64,000 nucleotides of DNA from an uncultured Chloroflexia bacterium. GTDB lineage: Bacteria > Chloroflexota > Anaerolineae > CG2-30-64-16. This document shows positions 32,186-42,909 of this stretch, piece after piece. The position numbers and the translations under genes are program-made. Each line of letters opens with the position of its first letter. Position 1 is the first letter of the stretch. The notes below the pieces were generated by a model. That model saw nothing but the letters and a program-made list of their open reading frames with translations, did no database searches and was not told where the DNA came from. The stretch is from contig CAWEMM010000006.1 of assembly GCA_963810095.1 (NCBI GenBank), positions 1,312,001 to 1,376,000 on the forward strand. Reading direction: 5' to 3'.

Positions 32186-33876
32186 TACGCCTGCTCCGCG
32201 GCATGTTGGCTCGCGCCGGCCAGCCCGAGGGCCGCGAGCACGTCACCCACCACGAGAAAATGCGGGTCGCGGAAGAGCTTGTTAACCTGGGACGCGAACA
32301 CCTGCGAGTCGCTCATTACTTCGCGGGCCGGCCCGTCCACCACGATCTGCCCCTCGCCCATCAACACGACCCGGTCTACGCAGGCCGCAGCCAACTCGAC
32401 GTCGTGCGTCGCCATGACCACGGTCCGGCATGCGGCCTTGAGCTTCAGCAGCAACTCGGCAAGGCTGCGCTTCTGGAGGATGTCCAGGCCCCGGGTCGGC
32501 TCGTCGAGGAGGATGATCTGGGGCTGGGCCACCAGGATCGTCGCCAACGCGGCCCGCTGCTGTTCGCCGCCGCTCAAATCGCGGGGGTCCCGCTCGGCCG
32601 CATGCGCCAGCCCCAGCTCGGCCAGCAGGGCCAGGTCGCCTTCCGGGTCGGGCGGCATGCCGTGGCTGCGGCGCGTAAACGCCAGCTCGTCGACGAGTTT
32701 CTCGCTGAAGAGAAGCGCACCGGGGTGCTGCGGGACATATCCGACGTAGCGCACCAGCGCGTCGGTATCTGCCGTGCGCGTGTCCAGGCCACTCACCAGC
32801 ACCTGGCCCTCGCCCGGCTTCAGCAGCCCGATCAGCGCCTTAAGGAGCGTGCTCTTGCCCGAGCCGTTGCGGCCCATCAGCGCGATAAACTCACCCTGCC
32901 GTACGTCAAGCGACACGCCGCGCAGCGCGCGGTGGCGGTGATAGGCATAGTGCAGGTTGCGAACGGAGATGGCGAGAGACGGGGAAACGGGCAGCGGCTG
33001 AGCGGAAGAAGAGGGCTGCCCGTCCATCCGATGATCCGTCGCCTCTTGCGCCGCTACTGCGCTTGCCAGCCGGGGCGCGACCCGGCGGACGAACGGCCTG
33101 GCTTCCTTCGTCGTCAGGGGCAGCGGGTCCCAGCCCAGCGTGCGGCCCAGCTCAACCAGCGGCGGAACCATCGGCAGTGCGCCGAGCACCACTCGCGGCT
33201 CGTCCAGCACGGGCGCTGCGCCCAGCTCGGGCAGGTACAGCACGCGATCGACGTACTGCACGACCCGTTCGAGCCGGTGCTCGCTGAGGATGACGGTGAG
33301 CCCCTGGTCTTCGTTCAGATGGCGCAGCGCGATCAACACCTCTTCCGCGGCCTGCGGGTCGAGCTGCGACGTCGGCTCGTCAAGCACCAGGATGTGCGGC
33401 TGGAGCGCGAGCACGCCCGCTATCGCCACCCGCTGCTTCTCGCCGCCTGAAAGGGTGCTGATCCGCCGCTGGCGCAGCTCGGCGATGCCCATCTGGTCCA
33501 GCACTTCTTCGATGCGCTTGCGCATGGTCGCCGGCGCGAGCCCAAAGTTCTCCATCGCGAACGCGAGCTCGTCCTCCACCGTGTCGACTACGAACTGCGA
33601 CTCGGGGTCCTGGAAGACGAACCCCACCAGGTCGGCCATCCCCCGCGGCGCCAGCTCGACGGGGTCGCGCCCGCCCACGCTGATCTGCCCGGACCACCTG
33701 CCGCCAAAGAAATGAGGCACGAGCCCGTTGAGGCTGCGCAGGAAAGTCGACTTGCCCGAGCCCGAAGGCCCGACGACCAGCACAAATTCGCCCTCATCCA
33801 GGGCGACGCTAAAGTCCCGCAGCGCCGGCGCGTCCTGCTCGGGATAGCTGTACGTTACGTGAGATAGCTCGATCAT
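32185..33876 (-). CDS. ECF transporter double ATPase
   Basis: Two ABC cassettes: GPSGSGKS/LSGGEKQR/DEPT and GRNGSGKS/LSGGEQQR/DEPT; ATG at 33876. Confidence 0.9.
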   Translation of the reverse strand: MIELSHVTYSYPEQDAPALRDFSVALDEGEFVLVVGPSGSGKSTFLRSLNGLVPHFFGGRWSGQISVGGRDPVELAPRGMADLVGFVFQDPESQFVVDTVEDELAFAMENFGLAPATMRKRIEEVLDQMGIAELRQRRISTLSGGEKQRVAIAGVLALQPHILVLDEPTSQLDPQAAEEVLIALRHLNEDQGLTVILSEHRLERVVQYVDRVLYLPELGAAPVLDEPRVVLGALPMVPPLVELGRTLGWDPLPLTTKEARPFVRRVAPRLASAVAAQEATDHRMDGQPSSSAQPLPVSPSLAISVRNLHYAYHRHRALRGVSLDVRQGEFIALMGRNGSGKSTLLKALIGLLKPGEGQVLVSGLDTRTADTDALVRYVGYVPQHPGALLFSEKLVDELAFTRRSHGMPPDPEGDLALLAELGLAHAAERDPRDLSGGEQQRAALATILVAQPQIILLDEPTRGLDILQKRSLAELLLKLKAACRTVVMATHDVELAAACVDRVVLMGEGQIVVDGPAREVMSDSQVFASQVNKLFRDPHFLVVGDVLAALGLAGASQHAAEQA

Positions 33877-34977
33877 GCTGGCGTCATGGCCTCCGGGATA
33901 TCGCCTGGCGGCATGACGCTGGCGTTCTCCTCTTCGTGCGGCAGCAGCAAGCCGGGCACGGCCAGGAGCAGCAACACCACGCCGATCACGGGGCTGAACG
34001 TCGGGCCAGGGCGAGTAGGGCATGTACGGGTAGTAGTGGAGCCAGCCGGGGCGGACGAACATCACGGCCAGCCAGGCGGTCACCCCGAAAAGACCGAGCG
34101 CAACGACCACTACGTCGAGCCGCGACCACGGCCAACGCCGGTAGCGCGTGCGCCGCGAGCGCCGTCCGACGTCCCAGAAGCTCCACATCATCAGGGCCAG
34201 CCCACCGGCCACCTGCAGCCCGCCCACAATGGACAAGGCGGGCCAGAAGGCATCGACCGACAGGCCGAGCCCGACCAGTGCCAGCCCGCCGAGCAGCGCG
34301 AGTTGGTGGGCGAGCCGCTGCCGCGGGGTAACCGCGAGCACCTGCCCACCGAACCCGCGCGCCTCCATCGACCCCGCCAGGTTCATTGCTCTTTCGAGCG
34401 CGGTGACCAGCAGCGGCATGAGCAGCGGCAGCAGGTCGCGCAGCCCGCGCACTTTGTGCCCGCGCACCTGCTGTGCCTCGCGGATCGACTGCCACGTCGC
34501 CACCATGGTGGGTACAAAAGCCACCGCGATACCTGCGACCACGCCGGCCTGGTAGAGAAAGCCAGGCGTCAGCCGCAGCAGCCGCGCCTGGTCGACCGCA
34601 ATGTTGAACGTGGCGAAGATCAGCAGCAGAGAAATGATGGCCAGCCCGCCGCTCAGCCCGAACAGAAGAGCCTCCAGCGTGATCGCGCCCCCGATGATGG
34701 GCCAGGCCCGCGGCAGGCGGAAGAGCACGATGGTCCCGCCATGCGAAGTCAGCATCGTGAACGGAATCGTGAGCAGCCACAGAATGGCGCCGAAGCGGAC
34801 GAACGCGCCCCAACTGCGGGCGGTCGGGTTACGGCGCCCCAGGGCCGCGTAAGTTACACCCACGGCCAGGAGGATCAGGCTGAGATAGAGCGGATTGCGC
34901 GTTGAAAGTGCCGGCAGCGCAGCCGCCGCCAGCCAGGCCGTCCAGGCCAGGGGATGAAAGGTCTCTTCTGTCGCCAA
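33873..34977 (-). CDS. ECF transporter T component (frame break ~34005 creates a false fusion to the ATPase)
   Basis: FHPLAW, EAQQVRG, SMEARGFG; alternative frame gives a final TM helix ending in TGA overlapping the ATPase ATG. Confidence 0.85.
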
Positions 34978-35099
34978 GCGTGTCTCGATGCCCGCCGGTT
35001 ACGGACGCGCCCCCCTTCCCGTCTCGCAGGAAAAAGGACGCCGGGGTCTCGTTACCGGCCTTCGTCTGTGCCCTTCGTGCTGAGTGCCCAGGGAAGGCA

Positions 35100-36490
35100 C
35101 TATTCCCCTTCGCCCGGGGCCGTGACCTGGCCATTCCGGCGCCGCAAGGTGAACCATGCCATTACAAGCAGCGCAGCAACCGTCACAATGTAGGCCGCAT
35201 ACTGCGGCAGCAGATCCGGCGTGAACGCCCGGCTCTGCACCAACTGCTGCGCCCCCACCGCGCCCGCACCACGGCCGCTCGCGGCCCTTGCATCCGGCGC
35301 CTGTCCCGCGCCCCGCCGGCGCGCGCGATCAACAGCGGCGTGGGCGTCGGACCATCGGCCCCCAGCATCCGACGTGGCCGCGGCGTTTCCGTCGGCGGCA
35401 GGCTGAATGCATAGCGTGTCGGCGTGTACCGGGGCGTCGGAATGGCTGCTTCGGCCGGCTCAGCCGTCGGTGCAAGCGGCACCCCCCCGGCCAACTCGGC
35501 CTGCGTGCCCAGGATGGCCGATTGGTCCGGGGTGGGCAGCACAGCCGGCGGCTGCGTCATAATCGGACGTTGGACGGCGGTCGGCGCTGCCGGCCGCGGC
35601 GAAGGCGTCGCACCCGGCGTGCTGCCACCGGTCGCGGCGACCTGAATCGACACCTGCCTGGTCGTCTGCCCCGCAGGGTTCACCGCGACCAGGGTCCACG
35701 TTCGCGTCGCCGGCGGGCACACCTGTTGCGATCCGTTCGTCGCCACCGCCGCGCCGTCCAGGGTCACCGAAGTCGCGTCGCTGGTCTGCCAGTTGAGCAC
35801 GGTGCACTGGGGCGCCACCAAGGTCTGCGCCCCGGCTGTGAACGTGACCTGGGGCGCGGTGCCCGGCGGGGCCGCCTGCGTTTCGGCCGTTGCAGTGGCC
35901 GTGGCCGTGGGAGTCGCCGTATTGCTCGCTGCGGCAGCCGTACAAACGTCGTCGAACGTCACGTCGGGCGCCGGCGCGCCGTTATCGGCGTCGCCCGAGC
36001 CCCACGCCCAGCCGTGCATGCCGCCGTTCCTCACGACGACGGTCTCGGCCATCACACCCCATTGGGAATAGATCCAGCCGTCGCCGCCCCAGTGGTAAAA
36101 GGCCCAATACTGGCAGTCCTGAAAATTCTGGCACCGGCAAAAACAATCGTCGGTCGGGCAACCCTCGACGCCGATGCTGCAAACCGCGCCTTCCGGCGAG
36201 ATTGCCGGCGCCAGCCCCGACCGCTGCAACAGTTCGTCGCCGCCGATATCCTCTTCACTGAACGCTACGCAGCGGCTCTCCACGTGGCCGTCGCCAAACT
36301 TGACCGCCACTGCGGCCCGGTTGGGCCCGCTGCCCACGACCTGCGACTGGGGCTGTGCGCCGGCAAGCGCCGGTCCCGCCGACGCCTGGACGACCGGCAC
36401 GGGCGTGCGCGTGGCGATCAGCGCCGCTGCCAGCAGCGCGGCAGTCAGCAGGACCGGACGAACCAGGCGCATGACGAAGATCCTCGACAC
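35100..36490 (-). CDS. Secreted, C-terminally anchored protein with DUF4430/transcobalamin-beta-like domain, beta-rich spacer and PT-rich stalk (frame break ~35285)
   Basis: Signal peptide; VCSIGVEGCPTDDCFC...YWAFYH...WIYS..G....V..G...GWAW; C-terminal TM plus RRR in alternate frame. Confidence 0.7.
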
Positions 36491-36507
36491 CGGCGGCTCC
36501 TACGTGC

Positions 36508-37080
36508 CTACGCTCGCGCGCGCAGCCGCCGGGCATAGCCGGCGAGCGCCGCGATGCCGCCGCCCAGCAGCAGCAGCGTCCCCGGCTCGGGCACCGAAAC
36601 GGGGGGGTTCTGCGCCGCAAGCAGTTGCTCGAACGTGTAGACCGGCGGCTTGACCGTCGGGTTGAACTGAGCGTCAAAACCGCTCCACGCCCAGCCTTCG
36701 ACAGCCCGATTGGCGGGGACATAAGCCCCGACACCCTCGGAGGCGCTCGCCCACGCCCCATTGGCCAGGTGATAATACGCCCAGAAGTGCTCGGCGTCGC
36801 AGAAGCAGTCGTCTGCCGGGCAGCCCGTCGTGTTGATCTTGCACAGCGACGTCCCAAACGAGCTATCTGCCGTGGCAATGGTCACGTTCGCGGCGCGCAG
36901 TGCATCCAGGCTCGTCGCCGCCGCCGGCACCGTCACTACTTGCAGGTGCGTCGTGCCGTTGGGAAAGGCAATGACAACGCCGACCTGCTTGGTGGCCCCG
37001 CCCTGAGCAAGAGCGGAGCTTGCCGTGAGCGCCAAGAGCACAAGCACCAGGACGAGAACGATGGAAGTGCGATGAGACAT
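36508..37080 (-). CDS. Secreted DUF4430-like domain protein with PEP-CTERM sorting signal
   Basis: Signal peptide; LCKINTTGCPADDCFC...FWAYYH...WASASEGV...VEGWAW; tail VPEPGTLLLLGGGIAALAGYARRLRARA. Confidence 0.8.
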   Translation of the reverse strand: MSHRTSIVLVLVLVLLALTASSALAQGGATKQVGVVIAFPNGTTHLQVVTVPAAATSLDALRAANVTIATADSSFGTSLCKINTTGCPADDCFCDAEHFWAYYHLANGAWASASEGVGAYVPANRAVEGWAWSGFDAQFNPTVKPPVYTFEQLLAAQNPPVSVPEPGTLLLLGGGIAALAGYARRLRARA

Positions 37081-37127
37081 AACGGATCCTCCTCTATTTG
37101 CAGGACGGCCGTTGGGCCGCCCCTGAA

Positions 37128-38193
37128 CTAACGCACCAGCAGCACGGGCAAGTACATCCTGCGGCACTCGCCGCCGGGCTGCCCCTGCGCCTGCAGCAAC
37201 CCCGCCAGCGCATCGGCGGTCGCCGTCAGGCGAATCTCTTCGCCGCCGGGCACGGCCGTGTAGACGAACGCGCCGCTCGCTTCCTGGAAGGCCAGCAGCG
37301 CCTGGAGCGCGCTCTTGCCGCCCTTGACGAACGGCGCGGCGTCCGGATTACGCCCGCTGGCCCGTAGCCCGCCGACCGCCAGGCCGGTCGAGTTCGCGTT
37401 CGGCGCCTTGGTGGTGGGTGCGGGCACGTCCGCCCACCCGGCCGTTTCTAACTGCGCCCGGGCCAAAAAGTCTGCCGCCGGCGCGAGCGTCACATCACAC
37501 GCCGCCAACGGGGCCCGTCCCAGCACTGTCAGCACCCGGCCGGTTGTGTCCACGTCGGACGGCGGTGGCGTCTTGCCCGGCAGGGGGAATGCCCAGGCCC
37601 AGCCCCCGTCTGCTAGCTGTGTCTGGCGCAAGGCCGAGTATGCCGGCCCGGGGACGGGCACGTTGGAGCGCTGGAGCGCTTCCACTGCGACCGTGTGGCG
37701 GTAAAGATAGCTCGGATGATACCGCCCGGTCGCCGGATCATAGGCCGCCTGAATCACGCCGATTAGGTCCATGCCACCGAACGCCCGGGGGTTACGTCCC
37801 GCCGCCGCGACGGCCACGCGCGACCTTGCCGGCTTGCCCCGCGTCCGACTTCGCGTAGGCCGGCGCCAGCTTCGCCAGCGCGTCCAGGGCGCTCTGGCCG
37901 TTCTTCGTCCAGGCCGGCCCGCCGGGGTCTTCGCCCGCCAGTGCCAGGGCAAAGACTACGTCGGCAGTCATGGCGGCGCTCGCTTTGCCGTTGACGCCGA
38001 ACGCCCCATCGTACAAATGCCCCGGGTCGGTCAGTTGCTGGGTGTGCAGCCACTGCACGGCCAGCGCCACCGGGTCGCCGGCAAGGGCCTGCACCGGATC
38101 AGCCGCAGCCAGACGCGGGGCGGGCGCCGCGATGGCAGCCAGCAGCACCGCGGCCGACAAAAGAAGGACCAGGTTTCTATTTAGCGTCCGCAT
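37128..38193 (-). CDS. Secreted prenyltransferase/squalene-cyclase-repeat (alpha/alpha barrel) protein (frame break ~37840)
   Basis: Signal peptide; QW-like repeats WLHTQQ..DGAF, QLADGGW, FLARAQ..GW, LLAFQEASGAF; SDVDTT and PNANST. Confidence 0.75.
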
Positions 38194-38206
38194 CAGAGCA
38201 CCCGGG

Positions 38207-38298
38207 AAAACAAAAAGCACCCCGGACCAAGGGGTGCTTGTGTCTCCTGAAAAAGGCCCGACACAACAAAAAACCCCTTGCCCGGCAGTGGCAAGGGG
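38207..38298 (-). terminator. Two tandem intrinsic terminators in the riboswitch leader
   Basis: CCCCTTGCC/GGCAAGGGG plus T6 (38268-38298) and AAGCACCCC/GGGGTGCTT plus TTTGTTTT (38207-38239). Confidence 0.75.
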
Positions 38299-38369
38299 AG
38301 CGGCCGATCCGTGAACAGCACACACCTGTCCACGGTTCCCACTCCCTTTACCTCGAAGGTCGTCGAGAA

Positions 38370-38500
38370 CTGCGGCGGAGGCGGGTTTTCTGGCTCGCCC
38401 AAATGCAATGGGCCTACAGTTGCGGGACAGCGCCGGCTTGCCTGCCGTGGCAGGGCACCGGCTTTCCCCATTTCTCCACCGAAGCATATTCGTTTGTACG
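38370..38500 (-). promoter_or_regulatory. Cobalamin riboswitch
   Basis: GGTG...GGGAAAGCCGGTG...CCGGCGCTGTCCCGCAACTGTA...GAGCCAGAAAACCCGCC; promoter TTGACG-17-TACGCT at 38536-38508. Confidence 0.92.
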
Positions 38501-38551
38501 CTGGCCTAGCGTAGCACAGGAAGCGGGTGTCGTCAAATGACTTTCGTCATA

Positions 38552-39682
38552 TCAGCGCAACATCACCTCCTGCGCCCGTGCCCGCCCCGCGTCGGTCAGG
38601 ATCAAACGCGCCCCGTCGTCGACCCGCCGGATGAACCCCTGCCGGTCAAGTTGGCCCGCAACCGCTTCGCCAAACCCGTCGGGCCACCGCATGTGGCGCG
38701 CCATGTGCTCGACGGTTGCTTCGAGACCCGACGCAGCCGAATCTTGCAGCCCTCCGGCCTCGTGCTGCGAAAGGTGCACCAGGAGCATTTCACCGGCAAA
38801 CTGCCGGCGCTGCCGGCGGCGCAGCAGCGCCTTGCGTACCAGGCCGCGCTGGGGCGCGAACAGCAACGCCAGGAGAAACGCGACCCCGGTCATCGTCGCC
38901 ATGCTGCCCGCAATCGAGGCATCCAGCGCCCGCGCCAGCCCAAAACCCAGGACGGCCGAGAGCACTCCGATTCCAACCGACAGACCGAGCATCCGCGGCA
39001 GGCGGTCGGTGAGCAGGTACGCGGCCGCCGGGGGCGCGATCATCAGCGCCACGACCAGGACCGTGCCGGCTGCCTCGAACGAACTGACGGCCGTCACCGA
39101 AACCAGGGTCATCAGGCCGTAATGGATCACCACGGGCGAGAAGCCGAGCGCAGCCGCCAGCGCAGGATCGAACGTCGCCAGCTTCAATTCCTTATAGAAC
39201 AGGGTGATGAACAGCACGTTGAGCGCGCCGACGCCGAGCGCCAACCACAGCGCCTGCGGCCCGATGTCGACGCCGAACACGACCGTGCGGTTGAACGGCG
39301 CAAAGGCCAGCTCGCCCAACAGCACGGCATCCACGTCCAGGTGGACATTGGCGGCGTAACGCGTGATCAGGATGACGCCGAGCGAGAAGAGCAGCGGAAA
39401 GACGAGCCCGATTGCCGCATCCTCCTTGACCAGTTGCGTGCGCGTCAGCGCCTCGACCAGAACCACGGTCAGCACCCCCGTGACGGTCGCGGCCACGATG
39501 AGCAGGGGCGACGTGGTGCTCTCGACGACAAAGAACATCAGCACGATCCCAAACAGGATCGCATGGCTGATTGCGTCCGACATCAGCGCCATGCGCCGCA
39601 ACACGAGGAAGCTGCCAATCAGCGCGCAGCTTGCCGCCACCGCCGCCGCAATCAATACAATCTCAATCTGTGCCTGTACCAT
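38552..39682 (-). CDS. Mn/Fe/Zn ABC transporter permease (TroD/MntD-like)
   Basis: DAISHAILFG, YKELKLATFDP, C-terminal wHTH-like tail. Confidence 0.9.
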   Translation of the reverse strand: MVQAQIEIVLIAAAVAASCALIGSFLVLRRMALMSDAISHAILFGIVLMFFVVESTTSPLLIVAATVTGVLTVVLVEALTRTQLVKEDAAIGLVFPLLFSLGVILITRYAANVHLDVDAVLLGELAFAPFNRTVVFGVDIGPQALWLALGVGALNVLFITLFYKELKLATFDPALAAALGFSPVVIHYGLMTLVSVTAVSSFEAAGTVLVVALMIAPPAAAYLLTDRLPRMLGLSVGIGVLSAVLGFGLARALDASIAGSMATMTGVAFLLALLFAPQRGLVRKALLRRRQRRQFAGEMLLVHLSQHEAGGLQDSAASGLEATVEHMARHMRWPDGFGEAVAGQLDRQGFIRRVDDGARLILTDAGRARAQEVMLR

Positions 39683-39783
39683 GCGTCTGCCTCATCTCAC
39701 CACCAAGGCCCGAAGCCACAAGGATTCACCGAGTCACGAAGATGCCTTCGTGTCGCCTCGTGTCTTCGTTTCTTTGTGGTTCA

Positions 39784-40905
39784 TCATCGTTCCATCGCCC
39801 GCCGCGCCGACTCGCGCCCCTTGTCGGTGAGCGCCAGCCGGTCGCCCGAACGCGTGATCAGCGCGCCGTCCTGCGCACGACTCACGACCGCCTCCGCGTA
39901 GCCGGGCGACCACCGCATGTGGCTGCTGGCATGGGCCACTTCCGACTCGAAGGCCGCGCCCGGCGCGCCGGCGGCAACAGCGCCCTCGTGCTGCAGCAGG
40001 TGGACCGCCAGCGCCTCCTGCGCAAACTGCCACTTCTGGCGCCGGCGCTGACGGGTGCGGGCGAGCAGCCCGCGGCGCGGGGCGAACAACAGCGAGAAAA
40101 GCACCACTGCGCTCATGTAGACCACAATCACGGGGCCGGTGGGCAGCCGGGGCACGAGACTGCTCGTGATCGCACCGAGCAGCCCCACCAGGGCGCCGAA
40201 CGCGCCCGCCAGGGGCACCATCACGTTCAGCTTCTCGGTCCACTGGCGGGCTGCCGAAGCCGGCGCGACGAGCATTGCGCTCATCAGCACCACGCCCACC
40301 GTTTGGATGCCCACCACGATCGCTACGACCATCAGCGTAATCAGCAAAATCTCGAGCATTTTGGCGGGGTACCCGAGGCTGGCGCCGAAATCCGGATCGA
40401 AGGTCAGCAGCTTGAACTCCTTCCAGAAGAGCATGACCAGCACAAGCGCCGCGCCGCCCAGCGCTGCCATGGTAATGAGGTCCCGGCCGAGCAACGTCGC
40501 TGCCTGCCCGAACAGAAACTTGTCCAGCCCGGCCTTGCCTGCGCTTGGCAGGCGCTGGATGAAGGTCAGCAGCAGCAGGCCGAACCCGAAGAAGACCGCC
40601 AGCGCGATCCCCAGCGCGGCATCCGGCTTGATGCGGGTGTGCCCGGTCACCTGGAGCACCAGCACCGTGGCCAGCCAGCCTGCGGCAATGGCGCCCAGCG
40701 CCAGCACCAACGGTTCTTTGCTGCCCGTGATCAGGAAGGCCAGCGCCACGCCCGGCAGCGCGGCATGGGAAATCGCATCCCCGAGCAAGCTCTGGCGGCG
40801 CAAGACGGCGAACACTCCCAGCACACCGCTGACGAGCCCCAGCAAGGCCGAACCGAGCGCCACCGTGCGCAGCGTGTAATCCGTAAAGAGTAAGAGCAAA
40901 TCCAT
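39784..40905 (-). CDS. Mn/Fe/Zn ABC transporter permease (TroC/MntC-like)
   Basis: GDAISHAALPG, FGQAA, WKEFKLLTFDP, LPTGP. Confidence 0.9.
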   Translation of the reverse strand: MDLLLLFTDYTLRTVALGSALLGLVSGVLGVFAVLRRQSLLGDAISHAALPGVALAFLITGSKEPLVLALGAIAAGWLATVLVLQVTGHTRIKPDAALGIALAVFFGFGLLLLTFIQRLPSAGKAGLDKFLFGQAATLLGRDLITMAALGGAALVLVMLFWKEFKLLTFDPDFGASLGYPAKMLEILLITLMVVAIVVGIQTVGVVLMSAMLVAPASAARQWTEKLNVMVPLAGAFGALVGLLGAITSSLVPRLPTGPVIVVYMSAVVLFSLLFAPRRGLLARTRQRRRQKWQFAQEALAVHLLQHEGAVAAGAPGAAFESEVAHASSHMRWSPGYAEAVVSRAQDGALITRSGDRLALTDKGRESARRAMER

Positions 40906-40945
40906 ACACTGACCTATCTGATGCGAGTCGGAAAGGAAGTCCGGT

Positions 40946-41767
40946 TCAACTAACCGGACTGATGCCTATGAGCCTCTCAGCAGAGGCATCCTGTGCATCA
41001 ATCGCACCGGTTTGCTCGGCGTTCGCTTCCGCCCTGCCCAGGAAAGCAATCCGCCCGCCGTACGCCCGGCGCAGGTTCTCTTCCGTGAACACCTCGGCCA
41101 CCGGCCCGCTCGCGATCCGCCGCACGTTCAGCAACATCACCCAGTCGAAGTATTCCGGCACGGTCTGCAGATCGTGATGGACGACGACCACGGTCTTGCC
41201 TTGCCGCCGCAGCTCGCGCAGCAGCGCCACGATGGCCCGCTCCGTCGTTGCGTCGACCCCGGCAAACGGCTCGTCCATCAGGTACACCCGCGCATCCTGC
41301 ACAAGCGCACGGGCCAGGAAAACCCGCTGCTGCTGCCCGCCCGAGAGCTGGCTGATTTGCCGGGCCGCGAAGTCGGCCATCCCCACCTTCGCCAGCGCTT
41401 CCATTGCCAGGTCGCGCTCCGCCTTGCCCGGCCGGCGCACCCAGCCCACCCGGCGATACAGGCCCATCGTCACCACGTCCAAGGCGTCCGTAGGAAAGTC
41501 CCAGTCGACGCTGCCGCGCTGGGGCACGTACCCCACCAGGCGCCGCTGTTCGGCGTAGGGCCGGCCGTAGATGCGCACCTGTCCCGCGGCCGGCGAAGCC
41601 AGCCCCAGCACGGTCTTCATCAGGGTCGACTTGCCCGCACCGTTGGGTCCAACGATAGCCATCAGCACCCCCTCGGGCGCCTCGAGGTCCACGTCCCACA
41701 GCACCGGTTTCTCGTGATACGCCACCGTCAGGTCGGTGGCCTCAATCGCCAACGCTCGCTCGTTCAT
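40946..41767 (-). CDS. Mn/Fe/Zn ABC transporter ATPase (TroB/MntB-like)
   Basis: [30 protein letters not shown]. Confidence 0.93.
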   Translation of the reverse strand: MNERALAIEATDLTVAYHEKPVLWDVDLEAPEGVLMAIVGPNGAGKSTLMKTVLGLASPAAGQVRIYGRPYAEQRRLVGYVPQRGSVDWDFPTDALDVVTMGLYRRVGWVRRPGKAERDLAMEALAKVGMADFAARQISQLSGGQQQRVFLARALVQDARVYLMDEPFAGVDATTERAIVALLRELRRQGKTVVVVHHDLQTVPEYFDWVMLLNVRRIASGPVAEVFTEENLRRAYGGRIAFLGRAEANAEQTGAIDAQDASAERLIGISPVS

Positions 41768-41788
41768 CCACTCATCTCCGGTCCGCCG

Positions 41789-42784
41789 TCAAAGCTCCGG
41801 CTTTTTCGAAACCACAGAGCTCTCGCCTAACAGGGCCCCAACAATCGTGTCGATGTTGTGCCGCACCATCCCGATATAGGTCCCCTCGGGCGTGCCTGCA
41901 CTGCCCATCGCGTCCGAGAACAACTCTCCGCCCACTTCGATGTCCCAGCCGCGTGACCGCACCGCAGCCTGCACCGCCTCGATGTTCCGCACGGGGACGG
42001 ACGACTCGATGAAAAGCGCCCGGATCTTGCGCTGCGCCAGGAAGTCGGCGAGTCCGCGCACGTCGGACGCGCCCGCCTCTGCGGCCGTGCTAATCCCTTG
42101 CAGCCCGCGCACCTCGAACCCGTACGCCCGGCCAAAGTAATTGAAGGCATCGTGAGCTGTAACCAGCACCCGCTGCTCGGGCGGCACCCGCTCGGCCTGC
42201 GCCTTGACATACCGGTGCAGATCCTCCAACTCGGCCAGGTACGCGGCGGCATTCGCCCGGTACGCTTCCGCGCTGCCAGGGTCCATCTCGACCAGCGCGT
42301 CGCGCACCCGCTCCACCGCCTTCATCCACAACGTCACGTCGAACCACACGTGTGGATCGTACTGCCCTTCAAACTGGGCCGGCTTCAGCAGCACGCCGCG
42401 ATCGATGTCGTCTGTGACGGCCACGGTCTTGATGCGCTCGCCCAGCCGCTCCAGGACTTCGGCCAGCTTCGCCTCCAGGTGCAGCCCGCCGTAGAAGATC
42501 ACGTCCGCCGTCCCCAGCCGGAGCACGTCGCCCTCGCTCGCCTTGTAGAGGTGCGGGTCGACTCCGGGGCCCATCAGCCCGGTCACCTGGACGCGGTCGC
42601 CGCCCACCTCGCGCACGATGTCCGTGATCATGCCGACCGTGGTCACCACCCGGATCGGACGGCCGGCCAGGTCGCCGGTTTGGGCCTGAGCGGGCGCGAC
42701 GCAGCCCGTGAGCAGCACGACGAGCAGCAGCAGCGCCGGCGCCGCAGCCCATCGGGAGCCGGACACCCTTCGACGGCGCACCAT
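41789..42784 (-). CDS. Mn/Fe/Zn ABC substrate-binding lipoprotein (TroA/MntA-like)
   Basis: LTGC lipobox, GVDPHLY, DPHVWFD, TAHDAFNYF, LFSDAMG. Confidence 0.92.
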   Translation of the reverse strand: MVRRRRVSGSRWAAAPALLLLVVLLTGCVAPAQAQTGDLAGRPIRVVTTVGMITDIVREVGGDRVQVTGLMGPGVDPHLYKASEGDVLRLGTADVIFYGGLHLEAKLAEVLERLGERIKTVAVTDDIDRGVLLKPAQFEGQYDPHVWFDVTLWMKAVERVRDALVEMDPGSAEAYRANAAAYLAELEDLHRYVKAQAERVPPEQRVLVTAHDAFNYFGRAYGFEVRGLQGISTAAEAGASDVRGLADFLAQRKIRALFIESSVPVRNIEAVQAAVRSRGWDIEVGGELFSDAMGSAGTPEGTYIGMVRHNIDTIVGALLGESSVVSKKPEL

Positions 42785-42909
42785 AAGTGGCGTTCCGCCC
42801 AGGATGCCTATCGCTGCTCCGAGGCCGGCCGCGCCCATGCCCGAACCGCCCAGAACGCCCCGCTCCGCTGCACGCAGGCGAAGGATGCGAATGCCCTGCC
42901 TGAATCCTC

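Noticed and set aside
32185-34977. 930-aa ECF T-component plus double ATPase fusion in the ORF track
   Set aside because: Removing one base near 34005 restores a terminal TM helix ending in TGA that overlaps the ATPase ATG (GCATGA). The joining peptide looks off-frame.
37128-38193. Squalene-hopene cyclase or prenyltransferase enzyme
   Set aside because: Too short, has a signal peptide, lacks a DxDD motif (SDVDTT), and lies under a B12 riboswitch.
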